This document shows, piece after piece, positions 9,924 through 19,862 of a stretch of DNA of 64,000 nucleotides (positions within the stretch are counted from its first letter, which is position 1; each line of letters starts with the position of its first letter). The notes beneath the pieces were generated by a model. That model worked only from the letters and a program-made list of their open reading frames with translations, did no database searches and was not told where the DNA came from. The stretch is from contig JAZSIF010000023.1 in assembly GCA_045533675.1 (NCBI GenBank), positions 17,504 through 81,503 of the forward strand, read 5' to 3'. Both the position numbers and the translations under genes were made by a program. The stretch comes from Eubacteriales bacterium. GTDB lineage: Bacteria > Bacillota > Clostridia > Oscillospirales > CAG-272.

Positions 9924-10778
9924 ATGGCAAACATTATCAATGGAAAAGCGATCTCCGCCGACATTCGCGCCGAGATCAAGGAAGCGACCGAGCAATTTCA
10001 TCAGGAACACGGATTTCGTCCGGGACTTGCGGTCATTATCGTAGGAGACGATCCCGCATCCCGTGTTTATGTCCGAAACAAGAGACTTGCCTGCGAAGAA
10101 GTCGGCTTCTATTCCGAAGCCTATGAGCTTCCCGCTGAGACGTCACAGACGGAATTGAATGCCCTTGTAGACCGTCTCAATGCCGACCCTGCCATTCACG
10201 GCATTCTCTGTCAGCTTCCCTTGCCCAAGCACTTGGACGAAAATGAAGTGATTCTCCGCATTGATCCCCGTAAGGACGTAGATGCCTTCCATCCCGTTAA
10301 CGTGGGAAAGATCATGATTGGCGACTATGATTTCCTTCCCTGCACCCCTGCGGGAGTCATGGAGCTTTTGATCCGAAGCGGCATTGAGATCCAAGGCAAA
10401 GAGTGTGTGGTAGTGGGACGCTCCAACATTGTCGGTAAGCCACAGGCAATGCTCCTTCTTCACGCAAACGGAACCGTTACCGTATGTCATAGCCGCACAA
10501 AGAATCTTTCCGAGGTTTGCCGACGGGCAGACATTCTGGTAGCTGCCATCGGAAAGGCAGATTTCTTTACCGCAGATATGGTCAAGGACGGTGCCGTGGT
10601 CATCGACGTAGGCATGAATCGACGTGCTGACGGTAAGCTGACCGGGGACGTGGATTTTGCGTCAGTTTCCGAAAAGGCATCTTATATCACCCCCGTTCCG
10701 GGCGGCGTAGGACCTATGACCATTACCATGTTGATGAAAAACACACTGACTGCGGCAAAGAGAGCAGTTAAAAACTAA
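9924..10778 (+). CDS. folD: Bifunctional methylenetetrahydrofolate dehydrogenase/cyclohydrolase
   Basis: MANIINGKAISADIRAEIKE...VVGRSNIVGKP...PVPGGVGPMT. ATG 9924 lies 9 nt after AGGA. The track start at 9915 is an alternative. Confidence 0.9.
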   Translation: MANIINGKAISADIRAEIKEATEQFHQEHGFRPGLAVIIVGDDPASRVYVRNKRLACEEVGFYSEAYELPAETSQTELNALVDRLNADPAIHGILCQLPLPKHLDENEVILRIDPRKDVDAFHPVNVGKIMIGDYDFLPCTPAGVMELLIRSGIEIQGKECVVVGRSNIVGKPQAMLLLHANGTVTVCHSRTKNLSEVCRRADILVAAIGKADFFTADMVKDGAVVIDVGMNRRADGKLTGDVDFASVSEKASYITPVPGGVGPMTITMLMKNTLTAAKRAVKN

Positions 10779-10787
10779 GAAAAGAAA

Positions 10788-10820
10788 GTCCCAACACATT
10801 GTGTGTTGGGACCTTCTTTA
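10788..10820. terminator. Bidirectional terminator (folD + / lipoprotein -)
   Basis: Hairpin gtcccaacaca-ttg-tgtgttgggac, followed by cttcttt and preceded by aaagaaa. Confidence 0.8.
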
Positions 10821-10838
10821 TGTAAAGATCTTTGCAAA

Positions 10839-11231
10839 TCAGTTAGAGGTATTGACATCAATCACGGGTCCGAAATGTTTGTCATCGTCCGGCATGGGAC
10901 CAGACTCAGCCTGGACTCCGGACGACCCTGACTCGGACTGGCTTCCGCTTTCCGAACTGCTCGAACTCTCCGAGTTTTCACTTCCAATCAAATCCTCAAA
11001 ATCCAAAACGTCATCGGTGGAATTGAAGTCCAGCGGACCGCTTCCAACCTGAATTCCGGTTTTACTGTCACTGGGCTCTCCGCCATCCTGTGAAGGGTCA
11101 GAAAATTCCGAGTTTGAACCGGGATCTACGATCTCACCTGCGTCGGGCTCGTTTCCACAGGAAAGCATAATAAATGCAAAACAAAGCATTAAAATGAATA
11201 CCAAAACAATTTGAAACTTCTTTTTCACCAC
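10839..11231 (-). CDS. Small acidic Ser/Asp/Glu-rich lipoprotein
   Basis: Signal peptide and lipobox MLSC|G. Low-complexity SESSSSSESGSQSESGSS. SD AGGAG lies 5 nt before GTG 11231. Confidence 0.65.
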   Translation of the reverse strand: MVKKKFQIVLVFILMLCFAFIMLSCGNEPDAGEIVDPGSNSEFSDPSQDGGEPSDSKTGIQVGSGPLDFNSTDDVLDFEDLIGSENSESSSSSESGSQSESGSSGVQAESGPMPDDDKHFGPVIDVNTSN

Positions 11232-11325
11232 TTGATCTCCTTTTTAAAAAGGTTTTTGTTAATTATACCATAGGTCGGTCGATTTGTCAAGCAAGGGATC
11301 TATTTTTCTCTTTTCCTGAATTTTC

Positions 11326-11354
11326 TTGATTTTTTCTGAAATGTATGCTATAAT
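11326..11354 (+). promoter_or_regulatory. SigA-type promoter for DtxR-family regulator
   Basis: TTGATT (11326-11331), 17 nt, TGcTATAAT (-10 at 11349-11354). Confidence 0.55.
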
Positions 11355-11387
11355 GTAGGTAAGACGGAACGAGAAAGGGTGATAAAT

Positions 11388-11753
11388 TTGAAAATTCTCG
11401 AATCAGCGGAAAATTACTTAGAAACGATCTTAGTGCTCCAGAGAAGGAACGGACACGTTCGCTCCATTGACATTGTCAATGAATTGGAGTTTACCAAACC
11501 CAGTGTTAGCGTGGCTATGAAAAACCTTCGTCAAAACGGACTGATCGAAATTGACGGAAATGGATATATTTCTTTGTTGGATGAGGGAAAAAAGATCGCC
11601 GAATCTATCTACGAGCGCCATACGATTCTTACCCAGTGGCTCATCGGACTCGGTGTATCGCCCGAAATTGCTTCGGAGGATGCCTGTAAGATCGAGCACG
11701 TCATCAGCACGGAAAGCTTTTTGGCAATTAAATCGCAATATCAAGGGAAATAA
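11388..11753 (+). CDS. DtxR/MntR family metal-dependent transcriptional repressor
   Basis: (M)KILESAENYLETILVLQRRNGHVRSIDIVNELEFTKPSVSVAMKNLRQNGLI is a winged-helix DtxR N-domain. The start is either TTG 11388, 8 nt after GAAAGGG, or GTG 11379. Confidence 0.8.
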   Translation: MKILESAENYLETILVLQRRNGHVRSIDIVNELEFTKPSVSVAMKNLRQNGLIEIDGNGYISLLDEGKKIAESIYERHTILTQWLIGLGVSPEIASEDACKIEHVISTESFLAIKSQYQGK

Positions 11754-11796
11754 ACGATGCTCGCACCGAAAATCGGTGCGAGCATCGTTTGTTTTT
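11753..11796 (+). terminator. Intrinsic terminator after DtxR-family gene
   Basis: 17-bp stem aacgatgctcgcaccga/tcggtgcgagcatcgtt, loop aaa, then tgttttt. Confidence 0.85.
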
Positions 11797-11995
11797 ACCG
11801 GGAGCTGCGCTTACCATTCCATACCAATACTCGAATCATACTTTACTTCTTTTCTGTTTGTATTTAAAAAATTATAAAAACCTTCAACGTCTAAATTATA
11901 ACATATATTCCTCGAAAACAATATTTTTATTATTTAATATCAAAAATTTGATATGTTTTTCCGAAAAAGGGTACAAAGCGTCGAGGCGATCACTC

Positions 11996-12814
11996 TCACT
12001 CCGAGTCCAATTCATGAAATTTCTTGCTTTTTTGCAAAAAACGGTCGAGAAAGCGAAGGATCGTAAGAATCAGAAAGGCACCCAGGCAAAGCACGGGAAT
12101 ATAGACCGCCGTACATATGTACCATCCAAAGCTTTCCGATATCCATTGAAAAACTATCAGCGGTGAGGTGGCGGGTCCCACATAGAACATTTTAATGCTT
12201 CCCGCCGATGCGTTCCATAAGATACAATTGATACAAAACGCAGTAACACAGAGAATCAGAAAAGAAACAACCGCGTAAAAATAGTCCTCTTTCTTTAACC
12301 CTGCTCTGCCGGAAAGAAAAATGTAAAGTCCCAAGAAAACCAAGGACATGTGCCAAAGCAAAGCATGCAGCGTCAAGGTCCAATATTCGTGGAACAGACC
12401 GGACGGTTCAAAAAAGGCTATCAATCCACCCAGAAAATTAAATGTCATCAGAAATGCGTACATGGCACGGCTGATACGTCCTTTCCGTATCAGAGGAAGA
12501 ATCAAGCAGAAATACATCGGAATACTGCATAGCTGGAACGGAAAAATCCACCACTGATAGCTTCCGTTGCCGATGACAAATGTATAGAATAACTGCTTGT
12601 ATAGCTCGCTGAGGATAAGAAAGACACCAATCGCCCCCAATATCCGACGATTTCCCCTTTCCCCAACTTTTCTCAGCTTCCACGCCAAAAAGGCGCATAA
12701 GAAAAAGCCAACCAACATAAAGCAGAGATGAAACAAGCCGTAAGCCTTTGGTTTTTCCATCGTCCATGCGGTTTTTTCCAAAAACGAGGTCATTGTGTTT
12801 ACAAAACCATTCAT
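11996..12814 (-). CDS. Polytopic membrane protein, paralog 3 of 3256..4092 and 4158..4997
   Basis: 272-aa ORF with SD AAGGAGAA. It shares FPFQLCSIPMY, a conserved His region (LLWHM) and an MFY motif with the tandem pair. Confidence 0.75.
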   Translation of the reverse strand: MNGFVNTMTSFLEKTAWTMEKPKAYGLFHLCFMLVGFFLCAFLAWKLRKVGERGNRRILGAIGVFLILSELYKQLFYTFVIGNGSYQWWIFPFQLCSIPMYFCLILPLIRKGRISRAMYAFLMTFNFLGGLIAFFEPSGLFHEYWTLTLHALLWHMSLVFLGLYIFLSGRAGLKKEDYFYAVVSFLILCVTAFCINCILWNASAGSIKMFYVGPATSPLIVFQWISESFGWYICTAVYIPVLCLGAFLILTILRFLDRFLQKSKKFHELDSE

Positions 12815-12935
12815 TGTTTTCTCCTTGTATACGTGATATAGGAAGCCCCCTTTATTCTATCACAAATCCAAAGTAAGTTCAAGAAGCAGACGAAAAAATA
12901 TTTATAGAATGTTGTGAAAAAGATTGAAAAAGTAC

Positions 12936-12964
12936 TTGATTTTTTCTTTCTCTTGTGGTATAAT
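12936..12964 (+). promoter_or_regulatory. Promoter for tRNA-Val
   Basis: TTGATT (12936-12941), 17 nt, TGgTATAAT (-10 at 12959-12964). Confidence 0.6.
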
Positions 12965-12979
12965 GATGAGGTATTCAAC

Positions 12980-13056
<77 letters not shown>

Positions 13057-13061
13057 TAAAA

Positions 13062-13094
13062 AGAGAGGATATGCGACGCATATCCTCTCTTTTT
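13062..13094 (+). terminator. Terminator after tRNA-Val
   Basis: agagaggatatgcg...cgcatatcctctct followed by tttt. Confidence 0.8.
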
Positions 13095-13125
13095 ATGGTG
13101 AAAGCTATGTGACCATGAACCCCGT

Positions 13126-13149
13126 AAAAATGGCGCATGCGCCATTTTT
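13126..13149. terminator. Perfect 24-bp palindrome, bidirectional terminator-like
   Basis: aaaaatggcgcatgcgccattttt. Confidence 0.5.
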
Positions 13150-13232
13150 GCTACGCTTGCGCTCTCCTCCGAGCAAACGCTACCGATGGCTGTGAGCGCA
13201 AGCATGGGTTCGAGTTGCGTGTTATAAAGCCA

Positions 13233-13268
13233 AGAGCCACCGCAAAATTGCAGTGGCTCTCTTTCTTT
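13233..13268. terminator. Hairpin just downstream of polC stop
   Basis: agagccac-12 nt-gtggctct followed by ctttcttttt on the plus strand. It lies immediately 3' of the polC stop on the minus strand. Confidence 0.5.
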
Positions 13269-16200
13269 TTAGAAAAACGTCAGCTGGTCGGTCTCGTTCA
13301 GATGATCCAACACTCCGTTCTTACGGAGGATCTCAATAACCGCTTTGGTCAGCTTGGCTCGCAGACGAAGATCGTCCACCGAAAAGAATTTCTCCTCGTT
13401 TCTCGCGGCAATGATGTTCAGCGCCGCGTTTTCTCCCAGTCCGGGTAATGCAGAGAACGGCATACGGATTCCGCCGTTTTCAGGCAGAAATACATAGGCA
13501 TCCGATTTCTCAATATCCACGGGAAGGAATTTGATCTTCCTCGCCATACATTCATTGACCAACTGCAAGGACGGGATCGAGGCAAGCTCCTTGGGAGACG
13601 CTTCCTTCTTCCCTCGCCTTTCAATATCCTTGATCGTAGCAACCACGTGCGAGCGCCCTTTCATGATGATCTCGGCATCAAAGCCTCCGGGCGCGACGGT
13701 AAACATGGCGCAATAGAACGCAATCGGAATATGCACCTTATACCAGCCAAGACGGATTGCCGACATGACGTATGCGGCGGCGTGCGCTTTCGGGAACATA
13801 TATTTGATCTTCTTACAGGACCAGATATACCATTCGGGAACGTCATGGGCACGCATCGCCTCCTCCCATTCGGGAGTCAGTCCCTTTCCCTTTCGGACAC
13901 TCTCCATGATCTTAAAGGACATCGCATTTTCCAATCCGTAACGGATCAGGTCATTCATGATATTGTCACGACATCCAATCACCTTGGAAATATCACAGGT
14001 TCCCTCCTTAATGAGGGTCTCCGCATTACCGAGCCATACGTCGGTTCCGTGAGTCAGTCCCGAAATCTGCAAAAGGTCGGCAAAGTTCTTTGGCTTTGCG
14101 TCCATCAGCACCTGCTGAATGAATCGGGTACCGAACTCGGGCAGACCAAAGGTTCCAATTTGAGTGTCAATGTCCTCGGGAGTTACTCCCAAGGGCTTGG
14201 TGGAAAGAAATAACTCATAAACATCACGGTCGTTCATGGGTACGTCCATGACACTGGTATTGGAGAACCGTTCCAGCCACTTATATTTGGTGGGAATATC
14301 GTGTCCAAGCTCGTCCAGCTTCAGGATGGTATCATGCAAATAGGAAAATGCAAAGTGAGTGGTAACAATATCCGAGTTAGGGTCGTCAGCGGGGTGCTGT
14401 ACGGGGGTGAAATCATAGACCTCATATTCACGGGGGACAACAATGATACCCCCGGGATGCTGTCCTGTGGTTCGCTTGACACCCACGCAATTCAGGATTA
14501 CACGGTCCATCTCTGCCCGTCCAATACTCACACCCTTGGTCTCAAAGTATTTGGCAACAAAGCCGTATGCCGTTTTGTCGGCAAGAGTTCCAAGAGTTCC
14601 CGCGCGGAACACATTCTCGGCTCCGAACAATTCCTCGGTGTATTTATGTACCTTTCCCTGTACGTCACCCGAGAAGTTCAGGTCGATATCGGGAGACTTG
14701 TCTCCATAGAAGCCAAGGAAGGTTTCGAAAGGAATGTCATGTCCGTCAGCATTCATCTTCGCGCCGCATTTCGGACAATTCGCATCGGGTAAATCAAACC
14801 CCGATCCCACGCTTCCGTCGGTAAAGAATTCGGAATACTGACACTTAGGGCAATAGTAGTGAGGCGGTAAAGGGTTCACCTCGGAGATTCCCGCCATGGT
14901 CGCAACGAAGGATGATCCTACCGAACCTCGGGATCCTACCGAATATCCCTGACTCTCGCTGTACCACACCAAGCGTTGTGCGATCATATATAGAACCGCA
15001 AAGCCGTTTTTGATGATAGAGGTCAGCTCCTTATCGAGTCTGGCGCGAACCAGCTCGGGGATGGGGTCTCCGTACATTGCCTTAGCTCGGGTCCAGCACT
15101 TTTCTTGAAGTTCTTCTTCAGCACCCTCCATATTGGGTGTATAAGAGCCCTTCGGAATAGGACGGCACTCCTCGATCATGTCATTGATCAGATTGGTATT
15201 TTCCACCACTACCTCGTATGCCTTTTCTTTCCCGAGATAAGAGAATTCCTCCAGCATCTCCTCGGTAGTACGGAAATAGAGGTGGATGTCTCTGTCCGCA
15301 TCCTTGAATTTCATGCCCGCCAAAAGGATCTTGCGGTAGATCTCATCCTCTTCATTGAGAAAGTGCGCATCGCAGGTCGCCACCACGGGCTTTCCGTATT
15401 TTTCACCCAACGCAACGATTTGACGATTCAGGTCTCTGAGCTCCTCATCGTCCGCCACCTTTCCCTGTTCTATCAGGAATCGGTTGTTACAGATAGGCTG
15501 GATTTCCAGATAATCGTAGAAATTCACGATCTCCTCAATCTCATTCTCACTCTTCTTTTCCAGAATGGCATGAAAAAGCTCACCCGATTCGCAGGCTGAA
15601 CCGACGATCAGTCCCTCTCGGTATTTCTCCAGCTCCGCCTTGGGGATTCTCGGTTTTTTACGGAAGTAATTCAGATAACTCAGGGAAATCAGACGGTACA
15701 GATTTTTCATACCCGTCTGGTTCTTCACCAAAATGATCTGGTGATAGGTCTCCTGGGTCAAGGGATCTGCCTTGGCGCTCATTTCATTTTGAAGATCGGA
15801 AAAATCCTTTACGTCCAATCCCTTCATCTGCTCGATCATAGAGAAGAAGATCATAGCAAGCATTTCCGCGTCGTCGCAGGCACGGTGATGGTGAAAATCT
15901 CCCAGCTTGTAATGCTCTGCCAATCGGTTGAGCTTATGGGATTTCAACTCGGGATTGAGATAACGAGACAACGCCACAGTATCGAGGTATGCGTTTTCAA
16001 AGGGAAGGTTCAGTTGCTTTGCCGCCACACGAATAAAGCCCGTATCAAAGTCGGCATTGTGCGCAATCATCAATCGGTCTCCCACAAATTCCATAAATTC
16101 GGGAAGGACCTCGTCAATCGTTCGGGCATCGGCAACCATTTCGTCGGTAATAGAGGTCAACTTCACGACCTCTTCGGGGATGGGACACTGAGGATTCACA

Positions 16201-17660
16201 AAAGTATTGTATCGCTCGATGACTTCCCCGCCCTTGATCTTCACCGCACCGATCTCGGTAATCTTACAGGTAGCGGCAGACAGACCGGTCGTCTCCAAGT
16301 CAAAGACGATAAACTCATCGTCGAAGCCACCGCCGTAATGTCCGAACACCGCACTGGCACCCGCATTCACAAAATATGCTTCCATGCCATAGATCACCTT
16401 CATACCGGTCTTATCCGAGGCAAGCATTGCCTCAGGGAATCCCTGCACATTTCCGTGGTCGGTAATGGCAACGGCAGCATGTCCCCATTTTTGGGCAGTC
16501 TTGACCGCTACGTCCGGGGGAATCAGCGCATCCATGCTGGACATATTGGTATGTAAATGAAGCTCCACTCTCTTTTTGGGAGCGTTGTCGGTTCTGACTT
16601 TTTTGGAGATCACCGCTACGTCGGTATAGCTCATATATAGCTCGTCGTCATTCCGCTCGGTCTTTAAGTACCCGTGGATGGCGACTGCCATGCCTACCTT
16701 CAGCTTTCCACCAAGCTCCGCCGCATCCTCGGGGAGCATGGAAAACTGCTTGACGTAGATCGAAGCGTTTCCGTCAAAAATACCGAAGGTCACGTTGAAT
16801 TTATCGCCTGTACGGTTAGCTTCTTTATTAAAGGAAAATATCTCGCCCACAAAGGTAATTCCACGAACGGGACGAGTCGCCGTAGCAATGGGAATGGGTT
16901 GAATGTCAAAAGCAACCCCCAGTACGTATTCGGGATTGGCGATACAAAAGCAGGAGGAGCCGATCTTCACAAATCCATCCTCGGGATATTCTACCAGCAC
17001 GTTCTTATCGTAAATGGTGGAGAGTCTTGGCAAGCTTTCCTCGTCACTTTCGGTGAGGACAGGTGCCGATTCACTTCCCCGATGGACAATTGCATCATAC
17101 TGCTTTTCGGCAGAAAGGATCTGTCGGTCGATCCTTTGCAGCTTTTCACGATAGGAATCACTCTCTGTATCCTTACGGAAAGGATCATGCTGAAGGACCA
17201 CTCTCCGTTTAATCGAGAACTCGCTCATCAGAATGTTTTCGATGACCTTGGGGGTAGCGGCATCCTGCAGAAGTTCCACGCCCATTTCGTTAAATGGGAT
17301 GGTAATAGTCAAAGTATCATCAGTTAGCTCATAGCGATAAGAGGAAAAGAATCCCTTTGCCACGATGCCAACTCGCTCGGTCTCCATGAGAAGCTGAGAC
17401 ACGTATCGCTCGCTGAACAATTTCGAGGGATAGTGGGGCAAAATTTTGAAATAGACAAGCTGATAAACCTCGGCGACCTGCGTCTCAATTCCGTAAAGCG
17501 TCTCTTTCTCAACGAGGTACGGAAAGTCCGCATAAACCTCAAGAATCCTCTTTTCCTTTTCGATCCTCGTTTTTGTTACGGTGCCGACAGAGAGAACCTT
17601 CTCGTACTCGGGAGGAGGCGAATATTTACTTAACAGCTGCTTCAGTGTTTTCTCCGCCAT
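13269..17660 (-). CDS. polC: DNA polymerase III alpha subunit, PolC type
   Basis: 1463-aa ORF with PHP, an inserted 3'-5' exonuclease (FIVFDLETTGLS, HNADFD, HRACDDA) and polymerase core motifs. Confidence 0.97.
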   Translation of the reverse strand: MAEKTLKQLLSKYSPPPEYEKVLSVGTVTKTRIEKEKRILEVYADFPYLVEKETLYGIETQVAEVYQLVYFKILPHYPSKLFSERYVSQLLMETERVGIVAKGFFSSYRYELTDDTLTITIPFNEMGVELLQDAATPKVIENILMSEFSIKRRVVLQHDPFRKDTESDSYREKLQRIDRQILSAEKQYDAIVHRGSESAPVLTESDEESLPRLSTIYDKNVLVEYPEDGFVKIGSSCFCIANPEYVLGVAFDIQPIPIATATRPVRGITFVGEIFSFNKEANRTGDKFNVTFGIFDGNASIYVKQFSMLPEDAAELGGKLKVGMAVAIHGYLKTERNDDELYMSYTDVAVISKKVRTDNAPKKRVELHLHTNMSSMDALIPPDVAVKTAQKWGHAAVAITDHGNVQGFPEAMLASDKTGMKVIYGMEAYFVNAGASAVFGHYGGGFDDEFIVFDLETTGLSAATCKITEIGAVKIKGGEVIERYNTFVNPQCPIPEEVVKLTSITDEMVADARTIDEVLPEFMEFVGDRLMIAHNADFDTGFIRVAAKQLNLPFENAYLDTVALSRYLNPELKSHKLNRLAEHYKLGDFHHHRACDDAEMLAMIFFSMIEQMKGLDVKDFSDLQNEMSAKADPLTQETYHQIILVKNQTGMKNLYRLISLSYLNYFRKKPRIPKAELEKYREGLIVGSACESGELFHAILEKKSENEIEEIVNFYDYLEIQPICNNRFLIEQGKVADDEELRDLNRQIVALGEKYGKPVVATCDAHFLNEEDEIYRKILLAGMKFKDADRDIHLYFRTTEEMLEEFSYLGKEKAYEVVVENTNLINDMIEECRPIPKGSYTPNMEGAEEELQEKCWTRAKAMYGDPIPELVRARLDKELTSIIKNGFAVLYMIAQRLVWYSESQGYSVGSRGSVGSSFVATMAGISEVNPLPPHYYCPKCQYSEFFTDGSVGSGFDLPDANCPKCGAKMNADGHDIPFETFLGFYGDKSPDIDLNFSGDVQGKVHKYTEELFGAENVFRAGTLGTLADKTAYGFVAKYFETKGVSIGRAEMDRVILNCVGVKRTTGQHPGGIIVVPREYEVYDFTPVQHPADDPNSDIVTTHFAFSYLHDTILKLDELGHDIPTKYKWLERFSNTSVMDVPMNDRDVYELFLSTKPLGVTPEDIDTQIGTFGLPEFGTRFIQQVLMDAKPKNFADLLQISGLTHGTDVWLGNAETLIKEGTCDISKVIGCRDNIMNDLIRYGLENAMSFKIMESVRKGKGLTPEWEEAMRAHDVPEWYIWSCKKIKYMFPKAHAAAYVMSAIRLGWYKVHIPIAFYCAMFTVAPGGFDAEIIMKGRSHVVATIKDIERRGKKEASPKELASIPSLQLVNECMARKIKFLPVDIEKSDAYVFLPENGGIRMPFSALPGLGENAALNIIAARNEEKFFSVDDLRLRAKLTKAVIEILRKNGVLDHLNETDQLTFF

Positions 17661-17675
17661 GTCGGCTTCCTTTCC

Positions 17676-18758
17676 TTATATCCTGAATTTTTTGATTTCC
17701 TCGATGAGAACGGAAACAATCTCCGCCTCGGGAAGCTTTCGGACGATTTCTCCCTTTTTGATGAGAACCGCTTCTCCTTTTCCTCCCGCAATTCCCACGT
17801 CAGCCTCTCGTGCCTCCCCGGGTCCGTTAACCACACAGCCCATGATGGCGACCTTGATTGGAATATCCATTATGCCTTCATCCAAGGCTTTTTGCTCAAA
17901 TTCCTTCACTAAGGGAATGAGGTCGATCTTGGTTCGACCGCAGGTAGGACAGCTGACGATATCCAAGCCCATCTGCCCCTCCAAGGACATGGCACGGAAA
18001 ATCTTCTTTGCCGCATAAATCTCCTCTATGGGATTGTCCGTCAAAGAGACACGGATGGTATCTCCGATTCCGTCCATCAAAAGCGAGCCGATACCGATGG
18101 CACTTCTCATAGAACCGATTTCTCGGCTTCCCGCTTCGGTCACTCCCAAATGCAAGGGGTAATCGCATTTCTCTGCCAACAGGCGGTTGGCGGCAATCAT
18201 ATTGTAGGGATTTGACGCCTTTATAGAAATAACGGTGTTGAAAAACTCATTTTTTTCCAAAAGGGACACATGATAAAGAGCGCTTTCGCACAGAGCCTCC
18301 GGCGTAGGCGCACCGTATTTGGCAAGGATCTCCTTTTCAAGAGAGCCACTGTTCACACCGATTCGAATGGGAATATTTCTTTCTTTACACGCACAGCAAA
18401 CCGCACGCACACGATCCTCATCTCCGATATTTCCCGGATTAATGCGAATCTTGTCCACACCAACCTCGGCGCAACGAAGCGCCACCCGATAGTCAAAATG
18501 TATATCGGCAACCACGGGGATTGTGATCCCCGCCTCCTTTAGGTAAGGGATGGTATTTGCCGCCTCTACGTCAGGAACCGTAATGCGAACAATATCACAG
18601 CCTGCCGCCTCCAATTCCCGAATCTGAGCCAATGTGGCAGCCTGATCGTGGGTATCGGTATTGGTCATCGACTGGATGGCAATGGGGCGAGCACCGCCAA
18701 TTGCCGTTTTTCCTATCTGTATCTCTCTGGTTTTCCGTCTGATGTCGTTATACTTCAT
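17676..18758 (-). CDS. ispG: 4-hydroxy-3-methylbut-2-enyl diphosphate synthase
   Basis: 360-aa ORF. IAIQSMTNTDT, RINPGNIG and VSCPTCGRT motifs. Confidence 0.93.
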   Translation of the reverse strand: MKYNDIRRKTREIQIGKTAIGGARPIAIQSMTNTDTHDQAATLAQIRELEAAGCDIVRITVPDVEAANTIPYLKEAGITIPVVADIHFDYRVALRCAEVGVDKIRINPGNIGDEDRVRAVCCACKERNIPIRIGVNSGSLEKEILAKYGAPTPEALCESALYHVSLLEKNEFFNTVISIKASNPYNMIAANRLLAEKCDYPLHLGVTEAGSREIGSMRSAIGIGSLLMDGIGDTIRVSLTDNPIEEIYAAKKIFRAMSLEGQMGLDIVSCPTCGRTKIDLIPLVKEFEQKALDEGIMDIPIKVAIMGCVVNGPGEAREADVGIAGGKGEAVLIKKGEIVRKLPEAEIVSVLIEEIKKFRI

Positions 18759-18782
18759 TTTCTTCCCTTTCGTCTTACGTTA

Positions 18783-19814
18783 CTATCCGAACAGGTGTAA
18801 AACGTCCTTTACCGTCACAAATATCATCAGCGCAAACAAAAGCATGATTCCCACAAAGTTCACATAGGATTCCACATTTCTGTTCAACGGTTTTCTTCGA
18901 ATCCCTTCGATGATCAAAAACAAAAATCTTCCACCATCCAATGCGGGAAACGGAATCAGATTGAATACACCGAGATTGATCGATAAAACGATCACCAAAT
19001 ATAAAACGCTCCAAGCACCGGTCTTTGCGGCTGTGCCCACGGCTTCGACCACCCCGACAGGACCCGATACCGCTTCCATCCCGAAGCGACCGCTCACAAG
19101 ACCGATCAATGAGTCATACACCATTTTCACCGTAGAAACCGATCGCCAAAAGGAATGCTTGAGAAGTGTTCCTAAGGTAGTTCTTTCCTGCGCTACGTAA
19201 AAATCGTAGCTTCCAAATGAAACACCCGATTCCTCCATCCCCGGAAAGGTCACGTCATTGAGCGTTATTTTTTCTCCGTTGCGAATCACTTTCATATCGA
19301 TGGGCTCATAGCCTTGATTCATAATCTCGTACACCAATTCGTTTCCCGTATGCACACGGGTTCCGTTGATATGGGTAATCTCGTCTCCGATCTGAAGCTG
19401 TGCGTTGGAGGTTGCACCCTCCGCAAACTCGGCAACCGTAGTGGATGCTAAATTACCCATGGAAAACACCATAATCGTCATGAGAAGGAAGCCCAACACC
19501 AAATTCATCATGGGTCCCGTGAGAACAATAATCATTCTCTTCCATACGCTTTTATTACAGAATGCGTTTTCGTCCGTCGACTCTTCATCCTCTCCCACCA
19601 TACTGACAAAGCCACCGATGGGAAGAAGCCGCAGACCGTATTTGGTTTCATATTTTTTCGATTTCCAGGAAATCAATGTCGGACCCATACCGACGGCAAA
19701 TTCCTTGATCGAAACCCCGCAAAGACGGGCGGTAATAAAATGTCCGAACTCATGAATAAAGATCATGACTCCAAACATCAAAAGCATCAAAAGAACATAT
19801 AAAACGTATTGCAT
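18783..19814 (-). CDS. rseP: RIP site-2 metalloprotease RseP/RasP (M50)
   Basis: HEFGHF zinc motif in TM1, a PDZ-like middle region, and NLIPFPALDGG. Confidence 0.9.
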   Translation of the reverse strand: MQYVLYVLLMLLMFGVMIFIHEFGHFITARLCGVSIKEFAVGMGPTLISWKSKKYETKYGLRLLPIGGFVSMVGEDEESTDENAFCNKSVWKRMIIVLTGPMMNLVLGFLLMTIMVFSMGNLASTTVAEFAEGATSNAQLQIGDEITHINGTRVHTGNELVYEIMNQGYEPIDMKVIRNGEKITLNDVTFPGMEESGVSFGSYDFYVAQERTTLGTLLKHSFWRSVSTVKMVYDSLIGLVSGRFGMEAVSGPVGVVEAVGTAAKTGAWSVLYLVIVLSINLGVFNLIPFPALDGGRFLFLIIEGIRRKPLNRNVESYVNFVGIMLLFALMIFVTVKDVLHLFG

Positions 19815-19862
19815 GTTACACTTTCTCCTTGTATATCGAGCTGATCGAGAAAAACAAGGATG

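Noticed and set aside
11937-11954. Palindrome ATATCAAA-AA-TTTGATAT sharing the TTGATAT half-site with the SPFH operator
   Set aside because: The half-sites are in the opposite orientation. The sequence is very AT-rich, and the location is between two convergent gene ends rather than at a promoter. It is probably a coincidence.
13194-13225. tRNA-like fragment or att-site scar (tgggttcgagt shared with the T-arm of tRNA-Val 150 bp upstream)
   Set aside because: Only 11 nt are shared. No T-stem complement or cloverleaf can be drawn, and there is no integrase or island between the copies. Chance or a trivial remnant is the likely explanation.
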